In this document: piece after piece, positions 1 to 14,493 of the stretch
Position numbering within the stretch: position 1 is the stretch's first letter
Layout: each line of letters starts with the position of its first letter
From: Pseudogymnoascus verrucosus
Taxonomy: Eukaryota
DNA length: 64,000 nt
Strand: one strand, 5' to 3'
Assembly (NCBI GenBank): GCA_001662655.1
Contig: KV460208.1
Notes under the pieces: model-generated
Database searches by the model: none
Seen by the model: the letters and a program-made list of their open reading frames with translations, nothing else
Told to the model about the DNA's origin: nothing
Made by a program: the position numbers and the translations under genes

Positions 1-728
1 GATCCCACTGACCATATATAATCCCCATCTCCAATCAATCTATAGTCAATTTCTCAGATCCCACCTCTCCTACTCCCGAAAAAAACGCCCATCATCCCAT
101 TCATCTCGGCCCCTTCCAGCCAAGTTTGGTAAGGCGCGCGGAAATGCCAAATATAACCGCAGACCACCAGTCCCATCCACCTCTTATCCTTTCCTAAAAA
201 TAAAAAAAACCAGAGAGAAAAAAAGTCAAAAGCGCAAAAAAGGGTATTCACAATTGTCCCGAGCGCCCTCCCGCCGAGACAATTCCCAGCGTGCATGCGA
301 GACGCCAAATATATACAAAACCCCCCTCCTCCTGTAACCGTGCACGGCCGTGCAAGTCGGATCCGCGCCCATTGGCATCTTATTGATTCCCATCCCCGAG
401 GGTCAATCCGCCAACGCCATAATCATGCTTCCCAGTAGTTTTTATCAATGATGATGAAACTGTACGTTCGTGCGAAACAAAAAATGCACATGAAAAAGAA
501 AGAACAAAAACGACACTGGCCGCATAAGCGGCCGAAAAGTGGGGAGATGGATAAAAATGAGGTACAGGAAACAAGAGCATCGAGAACACAAAAAATATGT
601 CTCGGTACGGTGCACTCTACCCAGCCTCGCCCATGAGATGGGCGAGTTGGGAATCCCAATTTTGTAACGCAGCTAGGCTTATCCGGTAAGCTGAAACTAT
701 ATCTTTGCGGGCCGTTATGAGACCAAGC

Positions 729-3700
729 TCATTGTTTTGGGGGCGTGTTAGTGATAGTAGGTGTTGTGCCTCCGCTGTGGGTACTAGAGGGGCGAGAGCG
801 TTGCTGTTGAGGTTGGGCCTTATGTTTGGCAATAACGGCAAGCTTTCTACGGAGCGTGAGGAGGCGACCTTTGACCATGGCGACAACTGTCGCTAGTTAG
901 AATTTATGTTAAAAAAGTATATGCTAGTTGAAAAACTCACGTTTCTTGACCGCATCCCGATCATCGACATTGATGCCGTTCACGGGATCATCTGGGTCTT
1001 TCTCTGTCACTTGCGCGGTCCCCACCTTCTTTTGGGGCTCATCGTCATCCTTCTCAAGAATTGCTTCCAACATACGAATTGCAGTAACGTATGAGAGTTC
1101 GCAGCCAACAAGATCTTCGTTTGCAATCTCATTGATGGCGGCCGATCGGCTCATCTCAATAGCTCTATCATACATCAGCCTCTCAGCTGTTGTACCAGCG
1201 CTGAGAAAAACGCCGTCGGCTGTTGAGCTATCTCCTCCATACATCCTCGAATCGTCGGTGTGGTTGCTTGGATGGCCTGGATGGTCCTCGGGGAGTTGTT
1301 TCTGGGCATCGATGAGTTTCAATCGAGAGAACTCCGCCTTTTCAAGAACTTCGTTAAATCGGCTCCGCATCCATTGAACGGCACTGTTTATACGGGCTGC
1401 GGCGACAGCAGTCTCGGTTTTCACGGTAGTTGCGCTACTGGCGGCCTCCGCTCTCTTCTTCTTGTTCCACCATGAATTTGCAATGCCCATCGACTTTGCC
1501 AGCAAAGTCAGAGATTTAACGTATAAAACCAGTGCTTCCTCTGATAACGAAACAACGGCATCAGGTGTGAGGCCATCATCCTCTTGGTCCACTTCCCTTG
1601 CGTTGTTTCCACCCAGGCCATGGTCCATAGACGGCGCAAGCGGGATGAGCTGCTTGTATTTGACCTCTGCAAAGCCATATACAACGTCAGATCTGGTTGC
1701 CAGCGCTTCGATTCTATCGCCTATTTTGACATCCTCATCATTGGATTTTCCGGGTTTGCCGTCAGTGATCATACCAGCAATACCTGGAGAAGTCGCAAAT
1801 CCCGTAAACGCGCCATATAGTTGAGGTGGCGATTGCCCTCTCAGCAATTGCGGCGCGTACCCAGAAATCCCGAAGAGTCTAAGACTTGCATTTGATATGG
1901 CTTTTGTGATCGCAGAAGTTGCCGAGCTGGGACTGCCGTAAGAGCGATCGTACGACGATTTGCGGTGAGGGTTTTGTTTCCCTTGGGCTATCTGCATGCC
2001 GCTAGGGGAAATCGGAGGTGAGGTTGCAGGCTGGTTGGACGATGGCGTCCCCTCTGTCTGTGCTCTTCTCCTCATGTTTGCTCGCGGTGAGTTAGGCTGC
2101 GCCGGTACTGCCCCTCTGGAATTGGCGTCCATCTCATCCGCAAAGGAGTTAACCTCAACGTAATTCTTCTCTACAACAATATACTCGCGCTCGTCCCTCA
2201 CGTCCTGGGCAGCTCTCTCTTTCTCGTCTCTCCTCAAATTGTCGTTACGCGGGGGAACTCGTTTTCTCTCGTTTAATAACGAAGAGCCAGGTGATGGGGA
2301 GTCCTGGCTCCTGCCCCGAACCATGTCAACTGGACCAGCGCTTGGTCGCCTTTCCATAGCTTCTTCGGTTGAAGGATATTTGTTTGGAACAGTGCTGGAT
2401 GTATGTATCACTGGCCTCCGTGAGGTAGTGGACGGTCCAGGGTTGGCCTGAAACCGCTCGGCTTGCGCTCTAGGTGGGGTACCATGAGGCTGCCGTGATC
2501 TATGTTGTGCTTCGTCGAACGTCTCTGTAGGAACTGCTCTAGAAGCATTTGACACTATCCCAGTGGACCGTGTATCATTCTCGCTGACGCCCCTACGAGA
2601 TATTCTGGCCGAAAATTGACCGCTCGTAGATTCTGGTTCTTCGGGCCTTGGTGTTGGACGGATTTCCTCGGGCCTGTCGTCTCCTACCAAGCCCCGGATA
2701 TTATTAACTATTATCGGATGAGCAAAGAAGTTATCAAAGCTAAGACGTTCAACAGGGTTCTTTTTAAGAAGTCCCTGAATGACTGATTTCAAGCCGTCAC
2801 TGATAGCAATGCCTGAATCCCATGGAAGGTCCTCGGACTGCATCTCTATTTTGCGGAGAAGCTCGACATGGTTTGCGGCACGGAATGGAGGCCTGCCGGT
2901 CACCATTTCGTACATAACAGTGCCGACAGACCATAAATCAGCCTTTGCGTCGTACTTTTCGTACCGCAATATCTCAGGCGCCATATAAAGCGGCGAGCCA
3001 CAGAGAGTCTCTGCTAAGCTTGCCGCTGGTAGAGACCTTGCGAAGCCGAAATCGGCCAATTTCAGCATCGGAAGTGAGAGTAATCCCGCGGCTGGAATCA
3101 GAGACTCAACACTTGGTGACATCAGAAGAGGGCTTTGAGGATGTGCTGACATATACTGCGGTGACGGAAGTAGCAGCATGTTTTGTGGTTTGACATCGCG
3201 ATGTATGAAGTTCCTGTCTCTAAGAAACTCCAACGCGCTCGCAAGTTGTTTGAGGAAGTGCACGCTGATCACTTCGTTCAGCCCACCTTTCTCCGGATTT
3301 GGATACTTCCTCGCCATTTCCGCAGTCGCCGCATTTGTCGAGAACTTCGAGCGCTTCCTGATGAATAACGACAAGTCGCCTAGCTCGCAGTATTCCATTA
3401 CCAGGTGTATATGTGTATCGGTTTGATGGCGGCCCAACAGGGCGACGATATGAGGATGTTGAAGAGATTGGAGGATGTCGATTTCTTGATTAAGGTTCTC
3501 TTTTAACTTTCGATTCAGTTTCGCCAAGTTGACCGATTTGATGGCAACAAGAGCACGGGTTGTCTGCATGAGTGTGACAGTTAGCAAGAGTACTTAATAG
3601 TATATGGGTTGCACATAGACTTGAGTAGTGCTTCAGTCACTCAGACCTTGCAGTCGTAGCTCAGGCCCTATCCAAGCGCAACATGGGGTTGGAAGTTCAC

Positions 3701-3830
3701 ATACCCTTCGGTGAGCTCTATATACCGTGGCAAAGCTTCCTTTGCCTATTTCTGTGTCGATCCTGTATGCCCCCACCAACGTGTCGTTCATCCGCGATGA
3801 GGAGGACCTCGAGCTTTGTGGAAACGCCAT
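729..3830 (-). CDS. ATG1: Serine/threonine kinase Atg1 (autophagy); 3 exons, approx. 3830-3705, 3563-941, 886-729
   Basis: Kinase motifs IGKGSFATVY, VAIK, HRDVKPQN, LKLADFGFARSL and ETLCGSPLYMAPE. The C-terminal Atg1 tandem-MIT-like region contains EEALVLYVKSL and LMYDRAIEMSR. GT..AG introns with CTAAC branch sites join the exons in frame; stop TGA at 729-731. Confidence 0.96.
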
Positions 3831-5207
3831 GTTGGATGGCCAGTGGTACCTTGCTGGGTATGAGTCTGGATCTCAAGCACTCTTCCCCGACCACGTTGAC
3901 CAAAGCTTTCCAGCTCTTGTGTTAATGCATGTACACACACGATGTGAAGCGATGGGTCCGGCTTCAGTAGGTCGTGAGTTTCGTATATAAAGGCAGCTAC
4001 TGAGAGCTATCAACCAATAGAGTCGGGAAGCGTGTGGCGTGTGGCGTGTAGCTGCACGATCAGGCCAGCCGGATCTGCGTGCAACGTCTGGCAAAGAAGT
4101 ATTTCGTTCGGTATAGTGTATCCTCAAGATATCCTCCACGGGCTTGGGAGTTTAAAGAGCGGATAAGGGCGTCGTTGGTGGTGGGGCGTCGACGAGGTTC
4201 AAGTTAATGACTCGAAGCGGTACCGAGTGAGTAGCTTGGGGGGGAAAGGCGCCTGGCAAGATAAGGCTGGGATACGGTGAAGTGGGTTTCTACAGAACAA
4301 GCACCAACTTGCTATATAGTAGCTGTAGAATGGTGGAGTTGTCAATGCAGAATTCAAGATGAAGATATATCGTTTGTTGTTGGGGGGAAAGGGCCGAGCG
4401 AGAATAAGGGACGAAGGGGAAGTGGGAAGGGAGAAGGGAAGGGAGTAGACAGAAAGGTTGTGGTTGACTGATTGTTGAACTTTGTGGTAACGAGGTATCT
4501 CCCGTGATGTGATGCTTGACTATTTAGGCTAGTATGGGGGACCGTAGCGGACCGTCAACGTTCGCGATAAGACGCCATGAAAGTGACGTTTTATGGCGAT
4601 AAGGGAAAAATGGCGGGATCACGGGATCAGGGATCTGTGAATCAGAATTACCATATACAGAAACTGAATCGTGGCGGTGTGTCTTGCTCACAGCATATAC
4701 ATACTTGCATATACTGCATGTGCTACAATGAGATGTTTCGGCGGTTTATGTGTTACTCCCCTTTATAGAACTTCGAATGGCGGAAGTGGTACAATACAGT
4801 ACAGTACAGTTCTGTCAGTTTATATTGCAGATGACGAAGGCTGGGTTTTAGCGTCAGTCATGTGTCAAGGCAGACGCGTTGGGAATCCACAATTCAGGCG
4901 GCTGTTCCTGACCTGGCTCCTGACGCAACAAGCTCGTCATGAGGAAGACATGGGCTCACTCGAGCGTCATTGAATGAGCGCTGGCAGCTGTCCTTGGTGA
5001 CTTGTGGAGGGACGACAACAGTGGCTGTCGGTAAACAACACGGACAACTGAATGCACTGTTGCCGACTTCACTGATTGTGGACGTCTCTGCCATGGATCA
5101 AACTGTAATCATCGATCATTGTGTCTCTACCGTAACAGCTCTATGTGACAGCAACATAAATGCAAATCGTATCGAGCCCCGACTCGTAAGTACAAGTGAC
5201 GAGAGCC

Positions 5208-7716
5208 TTACTTGTCATCCACCTCAGTATCATCAGATATCGGAATATCATAAATATCCCTGATCTCCTTCCGTTTCCTCTTCTCATTGCTCTCCTTTTT
5301 CTGCTTCGCATATCTCCCCCTTTCCTGATGCACATATTCTTCCTTTCCCTGCTTCACGTATCGCTCATTTTCCTGCTTCGCATATCTCCGTCCAAGATGC
5401 AACGCCTGCTTCAAAGAGTCATCCAGTCCACGATCAAAAGACTCGTTTCGCACTGGGAGTTGTGCTTCCTTAGCCATGACAATGCCGCGCTCTGACTCCG
5501 GTTGTCGAGGCATGTATCGTGCGAGAGGATCCACCAAACTTCGCTGCTTATTGACGATCCTTTGGGAGAGTTCGGTGGTTGCTTGTGGAAAGTATCTGGA
5601 TGCTTGACTGGCTTCACCTTCTGAGCCATCTCTATACACTGAGGTTCCCGAAAATCTCGCATTTCCCTCGCTGCCGTTGGACCTAGAAGGCGCAAGATAT
5701 GTCGATGGGTTGTAGATCACTCTACCAGAGGACATGTCACTGCTGTGGTCAAGCTGTGGCTCTGAGTGGACCACTGTCTTTGCGGAATGGACCTGCAACG
5801 ATGTCTTCAACGATGACTTCCGCATCCGCTTCTGAGAGGCACTCGTCCTTGATTCTGCTTCATTTTCAGTGCTAGAAGCAGCACTTTCATCATCGGAGTC
5901 GCTTGACAGCACGAACTTCTTCCATGCCGCGTCTGGGTCTTCTTGGGCTGCTCTTTTGGGAGGTTCGACAGGGAAATCTGCCAGGTTTTCACTAGACCCG
6001 GCGAGTACAAACTTTTCCCATGTAGTGTCCTGGTTTTCTTCCTTCGGTTGCCTTTTTGGGGAGACACTAGGCGGTTGGATATCGTCGGCTGCTCGTCCGC
6101 GAGGCTTCGACGTCCCGACCGTTCCAAAACTCAGCTTTGTATTATTATTTCCACGATCCTTATCATCGGGAGACCCAGTGACTGATGATGTAGAGTTCGG
6201 AATCGAGGGTATGAGCTTCCTATCGTGACTAGATTCATCATTTAGGGTACTTGGATCGGCATCCGACAATCCAGGCGATCTAATTTGTGTGGTGTTGTAG
6301 CTGGTACTAGGAATATCAGGCGCAAGTTGATCGCTTTCGTCGTCCACAGGCCAAGCAGGAGATTGTTGTTCGTCACTCTCTGCAACTAGCCAACTCCTCC
6401 ACATCTCTTCATCTCGGGCAACTGAAGCGGCAACTGTGCCTTTCCTTCCCGCCGTAGCAGCAATGCTACCCTCAAATACCGATGAATTACTTCGCAAGAG
6501 TCGCGAGGTCGTTGAGCTTTTCGGGGTTGGGTGGTAGATAACTGGCGAAGCGCCTAACCAGTTGGTTTTTGTGCGATCAGTTGCAAATATCGGGCTGCTC
6601 TGCTGTTGTGGACCAGGGGCATACATATTTCGATTTAGCCTTCTTATTTGGTGAATCCGAGGTCCTGAGCTTGGGTAGTCACCAATTGATGATATGGACT
6701 TCTCTTCAAAGCCCTGTCGACCGTGTGTTGCGGGTTCTGGAATGTACCCACTGTCGTTCACCATGTCTGAACTTAGTCGATGCGGCAGTCTTGGTATCGA
6801 TCCACCACCCTCTAAATCAAGCAGCATCACATCCGACGACGCTGATGATTGAACATACTCAGGATGTGGCTGGTTGATGACACTACCCGAACTTTCTCTG
6901 ACATGTCTTTCTCGGCCGTCTATAAATATTCTGACGCTTCCCTTTGCACCTGAGGTCTGTCCGTATTGCATTGATTGCGGCTGGTTCTCACCATGGTTCG
7001 GGAATATCTCTCTGCTTGGAATATGGCGATTAAATGCAAACGGAGAGGTAATCTTGTCCTGGACTCTTGAATATTGTGCTCCGTAGCCAGCATTCAATTT
7101 TCTCCGTTTACCAATCGCATCCCGGCTTTCTGATTCCATATACTTGAGTTGAAGAGGACGTTGTATGCTCAGTCCTAGCCAGTCACCCTCGCGAAGAATC
7201 CGAAACCGTTTCCGTCGTATTGCTTCCATGTCATCTTGCTCTTCATAGTCCCCATCGACGGGCTCCGTATTGCTAATCGGCTTTGGTTTCGTTTCGTAGC
7301 TGTGAGTTGAACTCTGGGACACCTTGTTCGAGCCTGGATAACCCAGTTGTCCATGGCGACTGTTGTCTGCACGGCCTGCTCTCAGGATTAGATCGTTCCC
7401 AAGGGCTGTTATAAAACTTAGAATAGATACCTGAATGCATGTTTTCGACATATGAACCATGGTCACTATGTAGGTCATGGTTGAGGGGTACCAATGGCTG
7501 CTGTAGCTGGGTTCTAACGGTTCCATCTCTAACAAGCAACCCATCTGGAGGTCGCGGACCTGCCATGTCAAAGTTCGGACGTTTGGCTGAATCTTTCTTC
7601 ATAGAGCCACTCATCAAATGGCTGCGCATCTTTGCAAAGTGCTGTTTCTGCTTGCTTGTAGTTGAGCTATCAGCTCTGCGAGAATGCCTCGAAAGGCGTC
7701 CACCGGTCCAGTTCAT
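5208..7716 (-). CDS. Hypothetical, largely disordered fungal protein; 2 exons, intron approx. 7430-7376
   Basis: The N-terminus MNWTGGRLSRHSRR...KQKQHFAK resembles a recurrent Pezizomycotina hypothetical-protein start. It can be spliced (GTATCT...CTAAT...CAG) onto the 787-aa ORF 5208-7571. Confidence 0.7.
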
Positions 7717-10036
7717 CTTCAAACGAAATACTGATACTATGGAGTGCTTGAAAGCTTAGAACGAGATATAAATATGATGATTCTGGAAGAGAGCTATGTA
7801 ACGGGATAGAAACATGTGTAAATTTGCTGTAGATAGAGATTTTGCATTGAAGCAATACGTACAGTACATATTAGTTCGTACAATGAAGTTAAGAGAACCG
7901 CTTCTTACTGAATAAGCGCTGGTTGCCGCGCGCAACTTCACATCCTTCCATTTTGGGCGAGCTTCCACATACAACATCAACAACCCAATTTCTCTAAGAG
8001 CTGTGCTGATGAACGCAATTCAACAAGTTACTTAGTCCAGCACCCCGTCACCCAGATGTAACAACTGCATCTTGGTTTCAAAGCTTATCAAGACGCCTCT
8101 TCTCAACCCCGATATGGAAAGAACCCAATATTGAATCTTAAACTTACTTTCGTCGGAATGGAAGCAGTGGGCATCCAAGCCATACAAGAAATGCCATCCC
8201 CTGGATTATTCGGAAGTATATTTCCTCGTGATCTTAAGGACCAAGTTCGAGCTCCATGATTTTGGATGAATATATGAACGAAAGAGAGGAAGTTTCAATA
8301 ATCCGCCTACCTTTAGAAGAGCAGCGGAAGAAGCCAGGCTCTTTGCTCATATATAAGTAAAGATATTTATCCAGCCCAAATGTCTTCATGGGGACTGTAC
8401 TGACTGAGTTGCCAATCAAAGTCGCGGATTTCCCATATAAATCAGGTAATTGCTGATGTTCATTGTTTTGCAGTCCTACAAGCACATTAGACTGCCGTTC
8501 AACTGCACGAGTGACTCAACGTCACAAAGGGCTTTCTCGGTGCATTGATATATACTGGAGGGAAGGTTTCGATACCCCCCAGCTGCGTTTTACCTTTCCT
8601 TTGGGTTGAGGCGTCACCAAACGGCGTCGATGTTAGCTTCTCTGGTGGACTGTGCATTGTACAGTACAGTCGGTCGGGGCAGCCCCATATTCTTCAATTC
8701 TTTGCTCGGTCCAGCAACGCCCAATGCAACCAGAAACATGATGGCAATGCGTTATGCGTCGCCCCGATTGTGATGTTTCATTCGGGGCTGCACGCCGGAA
8801 TAAATAACGCCCTTTATTCGGCCTTGGCTACCAGCCACTAGCCTAAGTTGCATCTTATCGCATCAGCTCAGTGGCTGATCTACCTCATAGTACTTCTTTT
8901 GATTAGTTAACGCAGGGTCTTGTTGGCCATGTCTCCAGCTGAACGGGTGAGGAGACATGGAGTACTTCCAATCCCCTTTTCTGGTCCAAAACAACTGAAT
9001 TTGTGCTTCTACGAGCCTTCACTGCCATTGCAGAATGGTACTCATATGACAGGTTGGGAGCTACAACATTGTGCACATTGCTTTGTTTAAATTTTCCTAG
9101 AAATGCTGGAATATACGCAGCATTATTGAGATTGTTTCGGGTCGTCCCGGTACCGGACTCTAATTCGCAATTCCCTACCTTCGTCGACGTTACATTTGCA
9201 TCCTACTTGTGGAGTCCACTGGCATGCATTCCACCTTGAGCCACCTTGCATTTTTGTTAGGAATCCCATTTGGTGTCTGCTGATAGATAGACAGTCGCGA
9301 CATACGAACTGCCGTCAGCCTTGAAATGCAGAGTTGGTGGGGGAACAACTGCTGAGCCCCGTCATGTGTTACTCCCCAGGCAGAAGAGCTAGTTGGAGCC
9401 TCTCAGCCTTCTTTGGCATTTGGCTTCGGTGTGCAATTTCAGAAACGGTTATTCAACCCTCCTTCCAGTTTGGGGTGTATTCTTGGGCTTTGAGTTCGTT
9501 GCAAAATCCCCTGATGTTATTTATGACCAGTCTATTTATCGCGGACACGCTGCATGGCGCGACAGCTAAGCGGTGTCTTCGACTCGACACAAGATATGCA
9601 CATACTCACCGTTCCGCGACCCCGAAACCGTCAGGCAACTATGGGAGGGATCTTACGGCCAGTGCACACCGTGTCGCACACTTATTGGATCGTAATACAC
9701 AAGGCGGCCTATAATAGTCACACAATGGAGGTAGCGTAGGTCAGTAGACTGCGGCTGGCGCCTCATTTGTTTCTGTGACAGGATGTTGGCTTATTACCAG
9801 ACCAATGAACCTGAATAGCCGCAGGACCAGAGCTGCTCACCATCCGTCGGTTTCATGAGCCTCGTCTCTCCTTCATTATCGCATGCCTAGCCCTGCTGCC
9901 TTCGTCTCGTCGTTTCCAAGGGCTATATCTACTGTAGCTGTTTGGGTGATATCTGCTCGTTCCTTTCTTTCAAACCTATAATTATTGTTATCTCTTTTTT
10001 CTATCCCTTCATATCTGTCACATTGGAACCCAAATC

Positions 10037-13000
10037 ATGGCCACCTTCTCAGGACCAGACGTGGAGGACGTGCGAACAATGATAAGCCGATGCCATGGGG
10101 ACTCGTCTGAATCGGTCACACCTAAAGCTTCGACGACAACGACGACTAGAAAGTCAAAAAAGCAAGCACCGCAGGAAATTATTGACGAGTTTTGGACCAA
10201 ATTCAATACGAAAACGCCGGGAAAAGGTACGCAAGAAATAATGAAAGCCGCGTGCATATGTTGTTGATACAGAACTAACTTCGTTATTCTTAGCAACCAC
10301 GATCCTGCCGGCTGACTCGTACGCCAAGAAGGTCGGCGAGTCTGCTCCAAAAGGGACCATAACGAGCCTATCATCCTCGGCATCTTACGAAGAGGCCGTT
10401 CGAACATGCAAGCTCAAGGTTGCCAAAATTGTGAAGGAGTGCCGGCGGGCAAATCAAAAATACAGAGATCCACATTTCGATATCGAGTTTGACCTGAAAT
10501 GGGGCAAGCGTGACTGCCTTGAAACGTTGAAGACACCGAATCGAGAGAAATCAATATTCAGGCCAAAAAGTGTGAAGAGGGTAGGAGATATTTTTGAGAA
10601 TCCCCAATTCTTCATCAATGGTCCTGAAGCCAAAGATATCAGACAGGGCCAAGATGGCGATTGCTGGTTATTGGCTGGTCTATGTACATTGTCGAATAAG
10701 AAGGGGTTGATAGAAAGGGTTTGTGTGGCCCGAGATGAAGCCGTTGGAGTGTATGGATTTGTATTTTACAGAGACTCCGAGTGGAGATCTGAGATAATCG
10801 ACGATAAGCTGTACTTGACTAAACCAGATTATGACGAAAGCATTCTTGAAAGACTATTGTGGGAAGACCGTGAGAGAGTGAGCTCGGAGGATGAATATAA
10901 AAAGGTGTATCAGACCAACTCAGGAGCGTTATACTTCGCACAGTGTGAAGACCCGAACGAGACTTGGCTGCCGCTTCTGGAGAAAGCATACGCGAAAGCA
11001 CATGGCGATTTTGCAACTATTGATGGGGGATATACTGGTGAAGGTATTGAAGATCTAACTGGCGGCGTTACGATGGAGCTCTTTTCAACAGATATCCTGG
11101 ACAAGAATGCATTTTGGACGAATGAGCTTCTTAGGGTCAACGAAGAGTTCCTATTCGGCTGCTCCTCATGCCTCTTTGCCGGCTGGGGGGAGCGTAAAGG
11201 TATCATCGAGGGCCACGCTTATTCGATTATGCGAGCTGTTGAAATGGATGGCCAACGACTCTTACTTCTCAAGAACCCTTGGGGCAAAGGAGAATGGACG
11301 GGGCCTTGGTCCGATGGGAGCAAAGAATGGACACCGGAATGGATGATGAAGTTAAACCACAGGTTCGGTGACGACGGCGCGTTCTGGATTAGCTACGATG
11401 ACTTTCTAAAGAAATATCAAACTTTTGATCGGACAAGGCTGTTCACAGATGACTGGAAAGTCACGCATCAATGGACGAGTCTGACGATTCCATGGTCGGT
11501 GGACTATAACTCCACCAAATTCGCATTTACCATTAATAAGCCGGCGTCCGTCGTGGTCGTCCTAAACCAACTCGATGGTCGCTATTTCAGAGGCCTCGAG
11601 GGTCAGTACACCTTTGAACTCTCGTTTCGCATCCACAAGGCTGGCGAAGAAGATTATATTATACGTTCACACACCAACTACTGCATGAAGCGGTCCGTTG
11701 CTGCTGAGCTTGATCTTGACGAGGCTGGTGAGTATTTGGTTCTTGTCAAGATCACTGCCAAGCGTGACTTTACCGCACTGCCAGCCCACACTGTTATCCG
11801 CGACAATGCGAAAGATCGCCGAGATAAGCTTCTTCGCATTGGCCTTGCCTACGATCTGGCGCATGCTAAGGGTCATGTGGAAGAATCCGAAGAAGACAAA
11901 AAGTCCCGGGAGAAGGCAGAAGCTAGGGCTAAAGCCAAGGAGCGCAAAGAAATCAAGGATAAGCTGACGGAAAAGAAGAAAAAGAAAAATCGCAGCGAAG
12001 CTAAGACTGCGAAAAGAGAGAGGGCTCGCCAGAACAAGGCTAAAGCTAGAGCGGAGGCGAGAGAAAAGAAGGAAGCCGACAAGAAGAAGCTAGAAGGAGA
12101 AGCTAAGAAGCCTGAAGAAGAAGCAGCAGCAGAGACGGGTGCAGAAAAGGCAGAGTCTGAGAAAGCTGATACAGATATGGCAGACACAGAGAAAACAGAC
12201 ACGGAGAAATCAGGCTCTGAGAAAGCAATTTCTGAGAATGCAGATGCAGAGAAGCGTTCAGAGGAGAAGCCGGAGGCGAAGGCATTAAAGAATAAGGAGC
12301 CAGCCGCTGAAGGTGCCGATTCAACACACAGCCAAACGCCAGCTTCTAGTAGCACCCGTCAAGCTATTACAGAAGCCGCACTAGATCAGTTAGCTGCCGC
12401 CACGGGCGATAGTTCTCGTTCTGCCCGTTCAACTGGCAAGAATGCTGATCGCGGAATCTCCCCACTCAACCATGCTAGATCCGCCCCCCGTGACAAACTC
12501 AACAGACGTGAAGCTCCGATCTACGACTCAGATGACAGTGACACGGATAGTTGTGTGAGCTCGGTGAGCGACTCGACCATAGATGCAGAGATTGAGAAGG
12601 CAAAATTGCCAACGCCCGTGACGAAGGAAGAGAAAAAAGATAAGAAAGCCGCCGATGACGAGAGTGAAGACGAGTTTGAGAAGGATCCGTGGAATGCGGT
12701 TGCGGTTGTCGGATTGAGGGTTTATGCTAAAGCTAAAGAGGTTGAGAAGGAAGATGAAGTGGAAGTGGGAGGTTCGGCAGGCTCCGAAGAGGTCAAGGTG
12801 GACAGTGGCAAGAAAGAGGTGGCAGCTGTAAAGTTAGAAGATAAAGCGAAAGGGGACGAAGAGAAGGTTGAAGGACCAGCAGAATTGACTCAGAAGACAG
12901 AATCAGCCACAAAGGATGCTGAGGATGCTTCAGGTAAGACGAAAGAAGAGAAACTAGAAACGACAGAAATAGTCACGGAAGACAAACCACAGGAGACAGC

Positions 13001-13217
13001 TAGCAAGACTGAGGCCAAAGAGGAAGATCCTCAAGAGTTGGAAGTCAGCATTCGGGTCATCAGACCTCGGACTTGGGAAGATGGCGAGGCGAGTTTGGAT
13101 GTCGACGATAGTGCCATGGATGCAACCAAAAACTTGGCTGAGGAAAGTGATAATGAAGACGGCAACAAGAAAGTCGTCATTGGGATGAAAGGCAGCTTGG
13201 GAGCCGTGAGTAATTAA
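10037..13217 (+). CDS. Calpain-family cysteine protease (peptidase C2) with a long K/E-rich low-complexity C-terminus; intron 10227-10293
   Basis: Catalytic triad motifs QGQDGDCWLL (Cys), GHAYSI (His) and LKNPWG (Asn); also LLEKAYAK and WTGPWSDGS. Confidence 0.92.
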
Positions 13218-13482
13218 CGAAATTGGAATTCAAATGGCCTTGAACACGAATGATGGGTATACGATGGAAACGAGGGAAATGAATGGGCTATTGGAATTTG
13301 GGACCCTGGAGGACCTCTACTCACTATGATACGTTACAGATATAATTTAGTATTTTATTTCATTTTACTCCACTACCACCATTTTGAACCCAGTTCGGCA
13401 AGGGCAGACTCAGATCATTGTAGGAGGAACTAGAGATTACGAGTTTTATGTCTCTACAGCCACGCCGCGGGTTTTAAAGATC

Positions 13483-14250
13483 TTACTTGGTAATAACTAG
13501 TACCCCATAAGCTGGAATACTCCTGTAAGTCTCCAACTCCCGCAAAGTTGCACCTCCCGGTGCGTCCTCCCTCAAGAAACTCTCTGGAACATCCGTCACC
13601 CCCCACTCCAACGTGCCCTTCAACCCAGCCTCCCTCGCTGCCTCCTCATACACCTCTTTCCTCAGATGGTAGCATTCAGAGTACAGCTTCCCAACAGGCG
13701 TCTTACCATGCACCCCGAAGAAAATCCCATCTTCGACATCCCTGATATGCCTATACATCAAATACCCCGATCCCTCAGGCTCAGGTCGAGCAGTCGCCTC
13801 AGCGTTGAGCGAATCAATCGGATTTTCGGAAGGCGGAACAGTAATTGACACAAACTTCCCCCCCTCCTTCAGATTCACCGCAACATTCCGAAACATCTGA
13901 ACCAACCCCTCGCGATCAGAAGCATAGTTAAGCAACCAAGCTCCAAAAACGATATCAAACTCCCCCTCCCCGTAGACCTTCGGAACCGCACAATCAGCCT
14001 GGATAAATGCAACCCTTTCCCCTACACCCGTCTCCTCACCCACGCTTCGTGCTTTATCCATCATCACGGCTGAGATGTCAAGGCCGACGACAGAACTAGC
14101 GCCCCATTGGAGTAGATCGTAGGTGTAGAATCCTGAGCCGCAGGCAAGTTCAAGGACACGGGCATTGGGGACGAAGGGCGTAAGTGTGGTGCGTACATTA
14201 TCATGCTCAATAAGGGCGATGGTTGAGGTGCGGATGTAGTCGTAGGGGGC
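13483..14250 (-). pseudogene. Class I SAM-dependent methyltransferase that appears to lack its start codon
   Basis: The frame upstream of the annotated ORF reads APYDYIRTSTIALIEHDNVRTTLTPFVPNARVLELACGSGFYTYDLLQWGASSVVGLDIS (SAM motif I), followed by FDIVFGAWLLNYA. There is an in-frame TGA at 14260-14262, with no ATG or AG acceptor between it and motif I. Confidence 0.7.
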
Positions 14251-14374
14251 GAAAACACATCAGCCCAGCCCAACCCATCCCACCCTTTCTTCTTCTCCTT
14301 CTCACCCCTAGATATTTAACTTCAGGGGCCAAAATCCAACATCCAAAGCGGCAAAAACAAAATGAGGCAAAAAA

Positions 14375-14493
14375 ACATACAACAGTGGGTATTCGCTGGT
14401 GGTCACCCACCCAACTACTAATCCACCGATCTCAAGCTTGTGTATGGCAGAGCGGACGGGATGCCCAATTCTCTTGAGTCTATGGTCGTATGT
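14375..14493 (-). rRNA. Dispersed 5S rRNA gene, intact, 119 nt
   Basis: The minus strand reads ACATACGACCATAG...CATCCCGTCCGCTCTGCC...AGTAGTTGGGTGGGTGACCACCAGCGAATAC...GTTGTATGT with complementary termini. An oligo-T Pol III terminator follows directly, and TATATA lies ~25-30 nt upstream (14518-14523). Confidence 0.96.

Noticed and set aside
4790..4812. (TACAG)n runs here and near 35836 and 60346; poly-C at ~32949-32963
   Set aside because: Ordinary microsatellites and homopolymers.
8100..8500. Short minus-strand ORF that seems to continue past a TAA (MELELGP*DHEEIYF...)
   Set aside because: No recognisable homology, so a pseudogene call cannot be supported.
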